Assembly (NCBI GenBank): GCA_013265495.1
Contig: MU058824.1
Span: forward strand, 5,971,245-6,035,244
Reading direction: 5' to 3'
Source of the DNA: Vicugna vicugna
Lineage: Eukaryota
Length of the DNA stretch: 64,000 bases
The notes under the pieces are model-generated. The model did not search any database and had not been told where the DNA came from. It saw only the letters and a list, made by a program, of their open reading frames with translations. A program made the position numbers and the translations under genes. This document shows, piece by piece, positions 12,591-26,511 of the stretch; position 1 is the stretch's first letter, and every line of letters starts with the position of its first letter.

Positions 12591-13929
12591 CAGCCTCAGA
12601 GTTTCATATTGTTATATATCTAGACAGATATACAGATACATAGATCAGTCAATACATACTTCCAACCTGAAGAGCAAAGAGGTATGACTGACTTCCCCAA
12701 TCCCATCTTTCCTATTGCTTCAGAGGCCTTTCTGTGACTTCTTTTCTTATTCCATTCTGCCCTTATAGTTGCTGAGAGAAGAGAGAAAGATGAACAGAAG
12801 GGCCGGATTTAAGAGACTGCTGCTCTTCAAACTCTCACAGTGAAAATCCTTGGAGAGCCCTTGAAATATTTAGATACTCAATGCCTCTTAAAAAAAAAAT
12901 CAACATCTAAAATTTGAGAGCAGCTTTAAGGTCAATGAAATGATTCCAAATGCTTCTACTTGCTGTGAAAAAAATGTATTTATTTTAAAAATGATCAAAT
13001 TCCTTTGATAGCTTTGAAAACTATTTTGATCATTCAGATAATGTCTCCCAATGAATTTGAACTTAAAATTGTAACATAAATGTTAGTATTTGTTATAGCA
13101 AACATATTAATTTGAGCTAGGCCGAAGTTATAACAGCATGTTACTTTATATGATATATGTACACTTTGTAGTTCATAAAGATCCCTTGGATAGTCAATGC
13201 ATAAGGTATATTTATGCTCCTTTTATGGGACTTGAAACATTTTACCATTTGAAATTACTACTTAGATTTATAATGAGTATCTTCATTTATAACATTGTGC
13301 TGATGACACTTTTGAGTAATTAAATGTGGCAACCTTGGTCAGGAATATAACCCCAGTTTTCATGCCACTCTATGCTTGTCAGCTAGCTCATTGGTAATAA
13401 AGAACCATTTTAAGACAATGTTCTGTTTGATTCATTTGCTCAGAATTTTTCCTGTTCAAATACCAGAAATGCCCTGGGTTGCAAAAAGCAATAATTTTAA
13501 GTGAGGGTTAAACAAATCAGTTAAGACCAAGCCCATATCTGCTTTGTTCGTGAACAAAGCCTTACTTGTTAATAACAAAATAAAATTAAAGCTGGTAGGG
13601 GGGTCTGGGGATGGTGGGAAGTAGAAGAAATGAATACTGATCTTCTGGGAAAGCTCCAACAAATGTTGGCCTCTCAGGAGCACTCTCAGTTTTCAGGCAG
13701 TTAGTGATTTTTTTTTCTTTTCATCAGTATCTATTGGCTCTCGGGACAGGGAAAATACTGGAATCAAAAAGACCTGCTTTTTCCAAGATGTATGAAGGAG
13801 GGTAGGCAAATAAAGACTCTGGAAGATCTGTTTTAAGGATCCTTTTCCATCTGGCTTAGTCCATCTGGCTGTGCTCCTCAACACAGCACCAGCATATCTC
13901 TTGCCATCTGCAGTTTCACCAGAACAACA

Positions 13930-14130
13930 TAACAATGCTATCATCAATACTCTGTACAAGACACTGTGCTAAGTTTGCAATAAATACATTTTCCTTTTTA
14001 ATCTTCATAAAACCTGATAATTGCTTATGATTATACTCATTTTCCAGATGACAAAATAGAGGTTGAGAGGCAATAACTAGCCTGAAAATGTCCTGGCAGG
14101 CTGGTTGTTCACTACACTATCTTGCTTCCA
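13930..14130 (-). mobile_element. MIR SINE
   Basis: gacactgtgctaag...tttaatcttcataaaacc...catttccagatgacaaaatagaggttgagagg. Confidence 0.7.
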
Positions 14131-14213
14131 CAGCATCCTCCAACCCTTGAACCTTATAAGTGTCTCCTTGCAGATTCACTACAATCCACTGTTGATAAGG
14201 AAAGGTTGTAGCC

Positions 14214-14966
14214 CATAGAGGCCAGTCTTTTTTTTTTTAACATTTTTTATTGATTTATAATCATTTTACAATGTTGTGTCAAATTCCAGTGTTCAGCACA
14301 ATTTTTCAGTCATTCATGGACATATACACACTCATTGTCACATTTTTTTCTCTGTGATTTATCATAACATTTTGTGTATATTTCCCTGTGCTATACAGTG
14401 TAATCTTGTTTATCTATTCTACAATTTTGAAATCCCAGTCTATCCCTTCCCACCCTCTACCCCCCCCCGGTAACCACAAGTCTGTATTCTCTGTCCATGA
14501 GTCTATTTCTGTCCTGTATTTATACTTTGTTTTTGTTTGTTTGTTTGTTTGTTTTTGTTTTTGTTTTTTAGATTCCACATATGAGCGATCTCATATGGTA
14601 TTTTTCTTTCTCTTTCTGGCTTACTTCACTTAGAATGACATTCTCTAGGAGCATCCATGTTGCTGCAAATGGCATTATGTTGTCGGTTTTTATGGCTGAG
14701 TAGTATTCCATTGTATAAATATACCACCACTTCTTTATCCAGTCACCTGTTGATGGACATTTAGGCTGTTTCCATGTTTTGGCTATTGTAAATAGTGCTG
14801 CTATGAACATTGGGGTGCAGGTGTCATCCTGAAGTAGATTTCCTTCTGGATACAAGCCCAGGAGTGGGATTCCTGGGTCATATGGTAAGTCTATTCCTAG
14901 TCTTTTGAGGAATCTCCACCCTGTTTTCCATAGTGGCTGCACCAAACTGCCATGGAGGCCAGTCTT
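14214..14966 (-). mobile_element. Young 5'-truncated LINE-1 with intact ORF2p C-terminal 125 codons, 3' UTR, poly(A) and 16-bp TSD
   Basis: ORF 14568-14945 (VQPLWKTGWRFLKRLGIDLPYDP...CTPMFIAALFTIAKTWKQPKCPS...) is the L1 ORF2p C-terminus; poly(T) at ~14228-14238; TSD CAT(A/G)GAGGCCAGTCTT at 14214-14229 and 14951-14966. Confidence 0.97.
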
Positions 14967-16063
14967 GTAAGCATGAGAACAATATACATGTCTGGGCTTG
15001 AAATAGTTAAATCACCATTCAAAAGCTAATAATAGTTATGCAAAGGGGATGGGGGGCTCTTAAATAAAACCCAACCAGGAAGTTTTACTCTTTCTAAACG
15101 CATCCTGGGAGATACTTATAGTCCTCCTACCACCTTATCGTAAGGAGAATGAGTGAGAGAGCAAGAGTGAGAGAGTGAGACTTAGAGAGAGAGAGAATGG
15201 AGACATGCATGCAGGGTACCTAGGAATCATAGCCTATTTTGCTGCCTGTACATTAGAGAGAGAACGGCAAACCTCTTCATTCTCAGTTTTGCCCAAGCTG
15301 TGCAATAATACACAGGAATAAGAATAGCAGAGGCTAGAGGTACAATGACAAAAAAAAAGTGGAAATACACTGAAGTCACATCAGTATGAATTTATTACTC
15401 AAGACTGTTGCATATTCATACAAACAGACAAAATGCACCCGAGACCATTAATACTATTAAAGACAATTTCTGATAATGGCCAAATGCTAAGAAAAGAAAA
15501 GCAAACTACAAAGTAGTATGATTCCAGTTTTTCATCCACATATACAAATAACCTGCACATATAAAGAAAGGGAAGGGAAGTACCTACACCAATGTGTTAA
15601 ACGAGCTTTTTCTAGGGCAGGAGGATTATGATTTTTTTTTCTGTTTGATCATCTGGTTCTTCTTCATTTTCTAGGGTTTCAACACAACATTGAATTATTT
15701 TAAAAAGCTATTAAATAAAATATTTACCTAAAGACATAGGTAGATTATGATTCAGTGCTTAATATCTAAACTTGAATAATGACAAATAGATGCAGGATGT
15801 GGACCAATATAGGGCATAAATTAAAAAAATCACAAATAAGGTAAGAAAAGGATAAAGAAAGAAGAAAAAGATCTAAATGAATCAAAGATTTTTCTTAATG
15901 TAATCTAGGTAAGTATTTCACCAATTCCCTTAAGAGTAGGGATAAATTAAATATCCAAACCACTTTGTATATAACTTGTAGCTTCTTGTTATGTATATAT
16001 CTGCTAAAGTAAAGTATTTCACGCTATAATTCACTCCTGTGTGTTCACTCATTCTTGACTTAC

Positions 16064-16195
16064 CATTTCTATCGTCAATATAATGTTCCAAGTAAAAGAG
16101 CCTTTTCGGTATAGTTACCTTGTTCGGATGATACAGAGGACAATTACCACCAAGGGTCTCACATCTCCAGTGGGCACACCAGGTAAGCAACAGCC
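16064..16195 (-). other. Candidate internal exon (132 nt) of an unidentified host transcript
   Basis: Acceptor ccatcctttcattAG|GG and consensus donor ATG|GTAAGT; length divisible by 3 with one open frame (LLLTWCAHWRCETLGGNCPLYHPNKVTIPKRLFYLEHYIDDRN); 3 CpGs; no repeat recognised; peptide not recognised. Confidence 0.4.
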
Positions 16196-17886
16196 CTAAT
16201 GAAAGGATGGAGCCTGAATAAGACCTGCTTCTCTAGAGTAAATTAAACTACACCCTACACAGTTATACCCAAATGGCTGAGACTTGAACAAACCACTATT
16301 ATTTATTTCTTAGCATGGGATAGGGATTATGTTATGTGCTCGTGAGAGTACTGTTAAGAGTCCATAATGCTATCCCAAGGAGTTTTTACAGATATACACA
16401 ATATACACCTTAAAATTGTGGAAGGTTTGCTATTTATAATGCACGTTGATGACATATCCACCTTGACCTCTGCCCTGGATTATTGTAACCTTGTGAACAT
16501 TTGTAATGTTTAATTTCAACTCTTCAGTCTCTCTCTAGTTTCCAATAACAAAATGTTATCCAAGGATGTAATAGTTCCAGCCAGTGCCAGTCTTTAACTG
16601 ATGCCTGAAGTTCAATCAATAGCTGACTTCACCATTCCTCCCTGTTTGCTAACAACTGGAGAAGAAATTGCTTCGTGGACTCAGACTGAGTCATAAATAA
16701 ATGGTCAGAGACCATTTTAAGCAGCAAGCTTTAGATTCTATAGATATTATAAAACTAAAACAAAAGTGTCTAGAGTCACCTAGGTCTCCAGCAGAGCATC
16801 CACCTTTGATTTCTCTTTGTAGGCACATGTCTTTATGCTATTGCTTTGTTCCATTTAGGCCCAGGAAGCAGCTAATTTCTTTATGTTCTGTGTATTGTTC
16901 TGTCTCTACAGTAGTATCAGGGCATCACTTTGACAGCATCAAACCCCTTAACCTAAATTATTATAATCTCTTTATGACTATTCATTCTTAATGACTATTT
17001 CTGTACTCATTGGAAACCAATGATTTATATAGTCATCATGAGAAAAATATCTAATAATGATTTCATCAGAATTTGTGACAAAGAGGAGAGGAGGAAGGGA
17101 AAAGTCTATGTTGGGGGCAAAGGGGTTTAAAAGTTAAATATTCATCTTTCATAATAAAAATGCAATCTATAATTTCTAAAACAGAAGAATCAAGAACCAC
17201 AAGTATAACCGTGTTATTTAGAAATATGATAGCAAATACCTGAAGAAACAACAAAAAGAATGGAAAATAGTTGCCCTTGGAAGTGAGACTTAAGGCAGAG
17301 AAGAAGAGGGAGGTCAAGGGACTGTAAGTCTTACAACATTAATTTTTTTACAAATACCATATACATGGCTAACTTTGATTTAAAAAGTAGAATTTTAATT
17401 TAAAAAATTACTAACTCATTCACTATATAGTCACAGCTACTTTTACCTTGCATAAAACATTCTTATTAAATAAAATCTTACTACAGATACAGTTATCTGG
17501 TTTCACCTTGTGCTAAAACTACTTCTGTCTAACAGTATGAAATCTTGAAACTGTCACGCATACTCTAATATTATCCTTGGTTAACCATGTCTGTGATGCC
17601 AACTGCACACCCAATCAAACATCTAAAGTTACCAACTGGCTCCAGAGTTGGTGCCCTGGTTACAAAACACTGGCCAGCTGCAGGAAAAATAGAGGGGAAA
17701 AAGTTATGCCTTGGCTACTGAGTACAATCCATGCTCAGTGTTAATGATACTATGTCAGTCCATAAATTATAATGGCTAACGCTAGAACATTAACACCACC
17801 CAAAAACACACTCGTAAGCAAGCCAGCATGGCAAAATGAGGTCATGGAGAATCTTAAAGCTATTTTAGGACATATCGTGAACACAA

Positions 17887-18150
17887 GTATAGCTCCTTTG
17901 ACACCACCTGCTCTCATTTGGAGGACTGTATATTTAAGTCCCCCAATAGCAACTGGGCTCAAACCTAGTGCTGACTCTACAGTCCAATTCAGGATAAATG
18001 CTGTCCTGTTGTTAGGTGTTGACCTTTAGATGAGACATTTAAATCCCCCTGCCAACATTCCCCACCTTCTGCTTAATTGGCACAGTATAAAAGATGTAGC
18101 TGAGAAAGCACTCAACAGTGGTCATAGTTGCTTACATATTATCAGAGTAA
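17887..18150 (+). mobile_element. Ancient tRNA-headed Deu-domain SINE remnant (AmnSINE2/SacSINE1-like)
   Basis: Colinear with recalled DeuSINE consensus: tatagctc (A-box-like), tttaagtccc (B-box-like), ctagtgctgactctacagt, tgctgtcctgttgttaggtgttgacctttagatgagacattta, cctgccaacattcc. Confidence 0.6.
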
Positions 18151-19399
18151 TAGAAGCATGTGACTTATTCCTTTGAAAAAAGAGTCAGATAATATAATCC
18201 AATATAATAAATCACTCTTGCTGTGAGGACCATGGTGGCATGAAGAAAGAAATTTGCACCCGCTGTAGGAATTTACTTATTCTTTGCAAAGAACTATTCT
18301 TGCCCCATAATGAAATCAAGAACACTTAACTTATGTCACTAGACACTAACAGAAATACCTGCCTTCATTAATGATTTTTGTCAGTAAACTCCAAAAAAGA
18401 GGACTTTATGTCCAAATTTTTTTGAAAGCCACACTTCCCAAGTGTGGCAAGGTGGGTAAAACTTGATTTTCAAAGTCATCAGAGTAGACCTTAATTATTA
18501 GCTTGAAAGTCATTTAAAATAATATTTAATTCAAAATATAAATTACTGGTATTATCCTTTGGAGTAAAGAGGAATTGACTGTCAAAAGTCAGAAATTAAA
18601 GGCTATTAAAACAATGATTTCTAATCATTCCTTTTTGCTGTATCTCATGAATGCACCTACACTCTGGATAAAGATATGTTTTGTTTTGTAGAGTTGTAAA
18701 GTATTTATAATGTGTTTATCACATGCTCAAACAAAACCTTTGACTTCTGAATCTATTTTCTTCCAGCACCTAATACTGCTTCCCAGTTCCCTGCAGTTTA
18801 CAATAAAGTGTTGACTATATGAAATTTGTACACAAAGAACAAATTTATGAACATGAATCTAGAGTCATCTTTACTACAGATGACATGGACAGTTTCTATG
18901 ATTATTGAGAAATAGCAGTTCTTTAAATTAAATCAATGTTAATTGTGCACTTTCATTTTCCAGGCAATATGCTAAGCAACAGACATAAATGGTAGGACAA
19001 ACAAGATGTGGTCCCTAACCCAAAGACTTCACTCTCTACTTCCACTGCTCTTCCTTGTTTCTAAAACTATTATTTGGAGAAACATAAGCTCAGTAATATA
19101 ATCAAATTGCAATCACATATCCTAGTTTGCTTTTTGCAGCCCTGAACAGGTTGGCTGGTGAGTACTGGTAATCAATGCATGACAAGCATGAAATTAGTAG
19201 GTTAGATTGAGGTTATAGTCACATATCTATGAGACTGGGGGACACTTAACTGTGTTATTATTCATAATACAGGGCAAAAGTAAAAATAAAATATAATAAG
19301 ACTTTCAAAATACAGTACCATTTACTCATCAAGGGAATATGGATTAAAAAATAAATTTAAAAATATAATGTCTCAAGAAATATATGCAACCACAAAAGT

Positions 19400-19880
19400 T
19401 ATTTTGACAAAACACCACTGCATTGAATCCCTTCTATAAAACTTCCTTTAACAGATCAGCTAGTGAATCCATCCTTGAACACTGCTAGCAAGAAATAACC
19501 TCCTTCAGGCATGGTCCATTCCTCTTACTGGTGCCATTTAGAGACACATTTCTAAAGATAGCCCCCTCCACCACCACTCCACCACTCCAATCAAAACAAT
19601 CCCATTCCTCCACATTTACCATTCACTGAGTTTTTAGTCCACACTTATCTGGAACTCCCTTCCAAGAATATACCAGTTTACCTTTGTTCCTCTTAAAGGG
19701 TAGAACATAGAAGTGGACACAAAACTACAGGTGTATCTGTACAAAGAGGGAGATTAGAACCATTACCTCCCTTAGTTGAGATAATGTGACATCATTGATG
19801 TAGTCTATCATTCTGTTAGTGTCTTAGGCAGCAACTCTAGTTACATTCAACCAAATGAAATTTGAGTTTTGTATTCCTTT
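19400..19880 (-). mobile_element. L3/CR1 LINE fragment
   Basis: cctcttaaagggtagaacatagaagtggacacaaaactacaggtgtatctg...accattacctccct resembles CR1/L3 antisense. Confidence 0.55.
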
Positions 19881-20479
19881 CATATAAATTATTTAATTCT
19901 ATAGGTCTAATTCTATTCAGGCATAGAAATAACCACTCTTTCAGAGCCTTGCACTGTGGGTTCACCATGGTGAAGGATGCAAGATTGTGGAGCAAAAGCC
20001 ACCAAATGTCAAAAGATCAGCAAATGGATCTTGAATGAAATCTTTGTGACAAACTGACTTTACTGGATGCAAAATTCACTTCCTAAAAACATCCTCTTCA
20101 CCTCTAGATCAGACATACCTTAATTATGGTCTCAGGTCCATCTTCAACACACTCAAACCCAACCCTTGATTTTACAGAGAAGGCTAAAATTTATTGGGAA
20201 CAGATTTGGAAATTTCTGATCTAAATTCAAAGGAATTCTGAACACATAGCTTCTGCTTTTCTCCTATTTCAGGTAAAAAGTGTCTAGAGCACTTATTACA
20301 TACATATGTTACAGTATTAATATTTGTGTTGTCCATCTGTTCACCAGGAAGATTATCTCAAAGGATTCTCTCTAAGTTCCTGGAGAGAGGGAGATTTTTT
20401 CCAATTTTATAGCTCCAGTATATTGCAAAGTACCTGGGACAGAGTACATGCCCTCTTGAAGGAGTATAAAAAATCTACA

Positions 20480-22090
20480 CTTGTTACCAAATATCAAGAC
20501 ATTATGAAGCTAAAGTAGTAAGACAGAGTGGTATTGGTAAAGATTTAGAGAAATAAACAAATGGAACAAAATAAAAAGCCTAAAAGATCGCCACACATGT
20601 ATCAAACATATATTTCAAAACAATGCTGATTAATGAAATAGGTTGCACTGTTCTTAAATTTTGCTAAGATAATAGACTAATCATATAAAAATACAAAACT
20701 AGATCCCTACCTCACATCATACACAAAAATATTAATCCCAGGCAGAATAAGGACCTAAATGTAGAAGAAAAACTACATATTATTTAAATAAAATAGGGAA
20801 AATATCTTTACAATATCAGAATGATAAGAATTTTTTAAGGCATACATACATAGACATAGACCCACACAAAGAATTCACAAAATTAGGGGAACTTTTTTAT
20901 AAATTTGGCTACAATAAAATAGAATACTTAAACACATCAAAAGAAACCACTAACTAGAGAAAAATATTTGCAACACCAATAATCACAAGGGGTTAGTATT
21001 TAAAACTAACTGATACACCCCAATAAACTACTAATATAAAAAATAATGGACAAAGAAAAATGGACAAAGTACTTGAATATTCAAATCACAGAAAAGCAAA
21101 CCTAAATGACTAATAAACATCCAAAAAGATACTTCAACCCTTTAGTAATAAGATAAATGGATATTACACAAGTGCCATCTCATAACTATCAGAATGACAG
21201 AAAATAGTCTGAAGATGCTGGTGAGGATACAGCACACAGATAACTTTTATACACTGCTGGTGGGAGTGTAAACTGGTACTACGCTGGAAAGCATCCTGAT
21301 AATTTCTGGTAAAGCTGAAATGTTTATAGTGTCATGACCTAGTGGTTCCTCTTTCAAGTGTACAGCCTTGAGGAACTTTACACATGTGCACATGAAATTA
21401 AGTTCATCTATATTCATATCAGGATTGTCAGCAAGAAAAACTTTGAAAACAACTTGCAGTTATCATAGAGCTGTTGGCTAATTTATGAATCTCCTCTTTG
21501 AGGGTACATGGCAGGATTACAGAGTTCTAACCTACTCCTTTGAAATAAAGTGTGACCATGTGACTTCCTATGGTCAAAAAAATCTGAACAGAAGGAACTT
21601 GGGTCAATTCTGGGTGAGAGCTTTTAAGAGACTATATATGATTTACCTCAGTGATTTCCCCTACTGTATTAACATAACACTGCAGGTGGTGGAGGTCCTG
21701 TCAGCTTAGGTCCTACCCAGGCTGGGTAGCATAGGACATGTAGCATAAGCAAAATTCAAACCAATAAAAATGAAATGTTTTATTTTAGGCCACTGGGGTT
21801 TGAGTGTAGCCTACTATATTCCATCCTGATGAATACACAATCTAAATGTGCATCAATAAGTGACTAGATCACTACATTGTGGTATATTCATATAATGGAA
21901 TACTTTATAGAAGTAAAAATGAATGAACTGGAGACACAGGTAAATCATACAAATGTACTGTTAGAAAAAAAAGAATGTTGTAGAAAAATACATGTACTAT
22001 GAAACACATGGAGCTTCAACAATACTAGTAGTAGTTTATTTCTTAAGCTGAGTGGTAAATAAACCTCAGTAGGTTATTAATTTTTGTATT
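20480..22090 (+). mobile_element. L1ME-like ORF2 3' part and 3' UTR, interrupted by a MaLR LTR
   Basis: aagacagagtggtattggt, aactagatccctacctcacatcatacacaaaa, acactgctggtgggagtgtaaactggtac, tgtggtatattcatataatggaatact. Confidence 0.85.
21472..21838 (+). mobile_element. MLT1 (MaLR) solo LTR nested in L1ME
   Basis: tttgaaataaagtgtgaccatgtgacttcctatggtcaa...ttttaggccactggggtttgagtg...catcctgatgaataca. Confidence 0.75.
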
Positions 22091-23154
22091 ATATTTTTTA
22101 ATGAAATGTAAAGGTTTTTACTTAAATAACACAATTACATATTCTGTTGGATAATTACTGAGTTCTAAAAGTAAGCTGAGACTTTTTGTTAAGAATTTAG
22201 CTAGTCAGGAAAACTACGGATTTCCCTCAGTCCTCTAATTAAGCACTAAGTGACAACTTTGAAGACGAGAGCAAAAGATCCATGACAAAGATGTTGGTTG
22301 TTCGTGTTCTCTATACACTATTAATCTTCATTTTCTATAGCTATTGAAAAAAAAAGTCCTTGAAGAAACACATGCTATGCTTATTTATTTAGGGATATTT
22401 GTGGAAAGAGGTGACTGGTTGGCTGAGAAGGCAAGAGATTACAGTGAAAGAAGTTGCTGCTTAATGTGGAGAAAAGTGTTCACATTGCAAAATTATTTCA
22501 GTTCAGTTCCTACAACTCATGAAAAGAAAGTGTTTTCAATAACTTATTTCTCTTCTCATTTTGCTTCCTCTTCACAACAAGGAGGACGTTTTCACTTAGT
22601 GCTATTGGTGGTATATTTGTATCACTTTTTTAAGTACAGAAAACAACTAATAAGCTTTGCTAAGGGTAGTCACCCACTGGAAGCCACTGGTTGCAGGACT
22701 GTTCCCATCTAAATAAAAACAAACATAATAGGCAACTGTTGTCCTAACTCATTTAGTGGCCAAATGTCACATGTATTACAATGGTCTAGGACATATATGG
22801 AAAAATAATTCTATAGGTCACTAAAAAAAGGCAACCGACAATATCAAAGTTGCTTACTGACAATTTGACTTCTTTTTTGCTATTGTTTTAATAATAACAC
22901 AGGAGGAGGACAAATCTTTTTTGGTGACTTAAAAAAACAAAACAAAACAATGCCTCCACAAAACAATTATGTAGAGTACTGGGAATGCTGTTGTGTAAGA
23001 CTTTAAATTTAACAAATATTTTGAAATTCACTGTTTCAAACAAAAAAATTAATTTCACTCCAACCCTATCTAAAAAGGCTGAAATTTTAGTCTCAGTTTT
23101 ACATAGAGAAAGGTGGCAAAAGCGAGTAAGTTGCAGAGCAAGGAGTAAGGAAAG

Positions 23155-23320
23155 CTCTTGCTACTTTAGGTGTGGCTCACAGACCAGTAGCAAGGGCATC
23201 ACCTAGGAACTTACTGAAAATGCAGCATCTCATGCCCCATCCAGAACAATTGAATCATAATTTGCATTTTAATAACATCCCCTAGACGAGCACATACTCA
23301 CTAAAGTTTGAGAATCTTGA
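23155..23320. mobile_element. MER5A-like hAT-Charlie MITE
   Basis: tgtggctcacagaccagtagcaagggcatcacctaggaacttactgaaaatgcagcatctc...tgcattttaataacatccc...aagtttgagaa. Confidence 0.8.
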
Positions 23321-26300
23321 GTCTAGGTGATTTACTTTTACTTTATTATGCTGGAATTTTCACATATTGTCTTTAGTGAAAAGTTAGGTCTGAAATCTGT
23401 ACATTCATGATAAATTAAGAGTGGGTGAGACAGGGATATGTCTTTAGCGCTTATAATTATAAAATTTTGTCAGTTCTAGTATTATTTTTCATAAAATACA
23501 TTTCCTTCTAAATAAATTATCCATATTTCCCACCTACAATAATCACTAAAAAAAAACCCTCAGAAAAAGCTGAAACAGATTTTCATATTTCTTCCAATAC
23601 TGATTTCTTTTGGCCTATATTTTCCTTCTTTATGCTTTCTTATAATGAAAAATGAATTTCAACAATAATAGTTTTGGATGCTAGGAGAAAAAAATTAGTA
23701 TTATTATTACCATTTTTTAAGTTTTCTAGCTTTATTATACTGTCTTTTATTTATCTTTTGAATAAGAACATTTATTAATTTTTGCTATTATAAAATTATA
23801 CATGATTATTATTTAAAAAATTGGAAACTACATAAACATATAAAATATATACTCGAAGCCACCTATATATCCACAATTGAGAGTTAATTACAACTAACAT
23901 TTTGAGATATTTTATTTCAGTATTTTTCTATGGTGATATATACTTCCACTTAATATTCTCTAATGAGTATTTCTCATGTAAATAAAATACTTTTCTAGCA
24001 TTATTTTTAATAGATAGATATTATTCTCATAGACATAACAATTAGCACTTTGTTAAACATTTAGTTAATTATTTTTAACATTAGGCTATAATGACTATTT
24101 GCTCACATAAAGTTCTGAGTAAATCTATGGGTATTTTCTAAAGATAAATTTGGAAAAGTAGAGCTTCTAAGTCAAAGTGTATAGACATTTTAAAGAGACA
24201 AGATAGATTTTCAAATTACTATCCAAAAAGTTTATACCAAACTACAGTTCCATCTGCAATCAAAGATCACATTTCCCATTCCCCATCAATGAGTAATATA
24301 TATTTTTAATCTTTGCCAGTCAGAAATGAAAAATAGCATCTCACTATTGTTTTAACTTGCACCAAAAGTGTCTGAAAGTTTTGTATATATTTACTGGCTT
24401 TAAGTATTTCCTTTGTGAATTCTCTTTTCACATTTTATGCATCCCAGAGCCAGAAAGCATGGGATACCTTGAGATTTACCAGCTGCCAAATCTAATCAGA
24501 ATAGCTTTTCTGGCATTATTTTATTCTTTTTTATTATATAAACTATGTAAAATTTAAATCTATTTCATTATATAATATAATATATGGTTTAATTTTTTTG
24601 TTTTCCTTACTAATTAAAATTTCCAGCATCATTTTTCATGTAATTTCTGCATACTATGCTGTATTTAACATACAATTAAGTCTATTTCTAGATTTTTACT
24701 TTGTTTCATAGATCTATTTTCAGCACACTGTTTTAATTGTTATAATCTAATCAATCATTTTAATATTTGGTAGTGCAAATATCAAATATATTATTCTTTT
24801 TAGATTAATGTTTCTTTATTTGTTATTATAGCTGGTTATATCTCATAATTTCAAAATCATTTTATCAAATACAGCCAAAAATGCAATGCACTATTTGCAT
24901 TATATAATTTATGATACATTTGGGGAACTCTGACGTTTTTCAAACCTTGATTATCTGAGAACAGGGTAGGCCTTTCCAATAGTTTAATTTTTTAAGTCTG
25001 TCAGTAAATGTTTTATAGAATTTTTTAGGTATACCTTCCAGATTTTGTTTTAAGCTTAAATTTACATTGCTATTCTGAATGGTATTTCTCCCTTTATATT
25101 TTATAAGTGGTCATTGGTAATCTATAAGAACTATGTGAATTTATGTATATGTATTTTGTGAGAAGTCCTCTTATTGAACTCTGTTCCCAGTGTTAGTCCT
25201 CAGGGCTTTACAGTCAATACTTTAAGATTTTTCTAGGTAACTTTACTACTTAAAAATAATTATATGTCCAAATATAGTTTAAAATAATAATATAAAATAT
25301 AATAAAAATAACATAGAAGAAACTTTAATAGACAAAACTAAACAGTAATAATTATAATGTGCGCTTGTATTATTAACAGGCATATAACATTTGTCACAAA
25401 AGTGTCAACTACCCATCATCCCGAGTTCAACATGCCCTAGACCAGCCTCAAACCTAAAAATCTTAGAATGGGACCTATTCCATTCCCTAACTTGATAGTG
25501 TATTCACTAGTCCTCTTAGAGTTAACCAGCATCCTGGGATATATCATAGAAGCATCTTCCCTAGAGAACTGAATCAACTGGAGTATGAGATTTCAAAGCA
25601 TCAATTGACACAAAATTACCTCAAACCCTAAGAGGATGACTATCAGGCAATATCTCAAGGCAAGGTAAATGACTTTTGATTTTCAGAAAGCCTGGCCAAA
25701 TGAGGTCTCATGGTACACTCCATGTAAAACGGGGCCAGGTAAGTGAGAGATTCAGCTCTTTGGACTCTCTCAGAGTAACCTTTATGACAGTTTTTTCTCT
25801 AGTCCACTGGCATCAGCTTTTCCAAGGTCATGGATTTATCACAAGGCCATTCAGTGTTGAAACTTGGGAATGTGACCCTCTAGATCCCAGCAAGACCTGT
25901 CTTCCTTAACTTTGCTATCTGAGCTCTCATAACACAAAATCTAATATCACACTTTTTTCTGCACCATCTTGCTGCAGTTCTTTACTTGTAAGTTGCCCTA
26001 GGCTTCTACATAGTCATCATACAAAATGAAACTAAGGTTAATATTTTCGTGATAAAGAAGGGAAATAAACACAAATTTAATTTATATTACTGTGCTAGGT
26101 ATTGTGTAAATCTATTTACAAATACATGATATAATTATAATAACTCCAAAAAACAAATTCTATCATTTATCTCTATTTTATAGATATGGAAATTGAGACT
26201 TACAGAGGTAAAAGGTACTCTCAAGTATTACTATATATTTTCTAAATTTTTGACATTTAGTTCAAATATTTACTTCAGGTTTACAACAGTTCTTATCACT

Positions 26301-26511
26301 CTAAACATACAGCTTTGTATTTGTACTTTACAAAACTTTTCTTCATATACTGAAGTTGAATTTCTTAAATGTCTTTTTAGCATCAGTTGAGATGATCACA
26401 TAATTTTTCCACTTTCTTTGATCTCTTGATATGATAAATTGTTTTAATAAATGTTCTACTTTTAAAATTTCTCTGCACGCCTGTGATAAAGCCAACATGT
26501 TCATATTTTAG

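Noticed and set aside
17750..18029. Overlapping 70-aa and 85-aa ORFs as a coding exon
   Set aside because: No recognisable protein, and the region is better explained as a DeuSINE-like non-coding element
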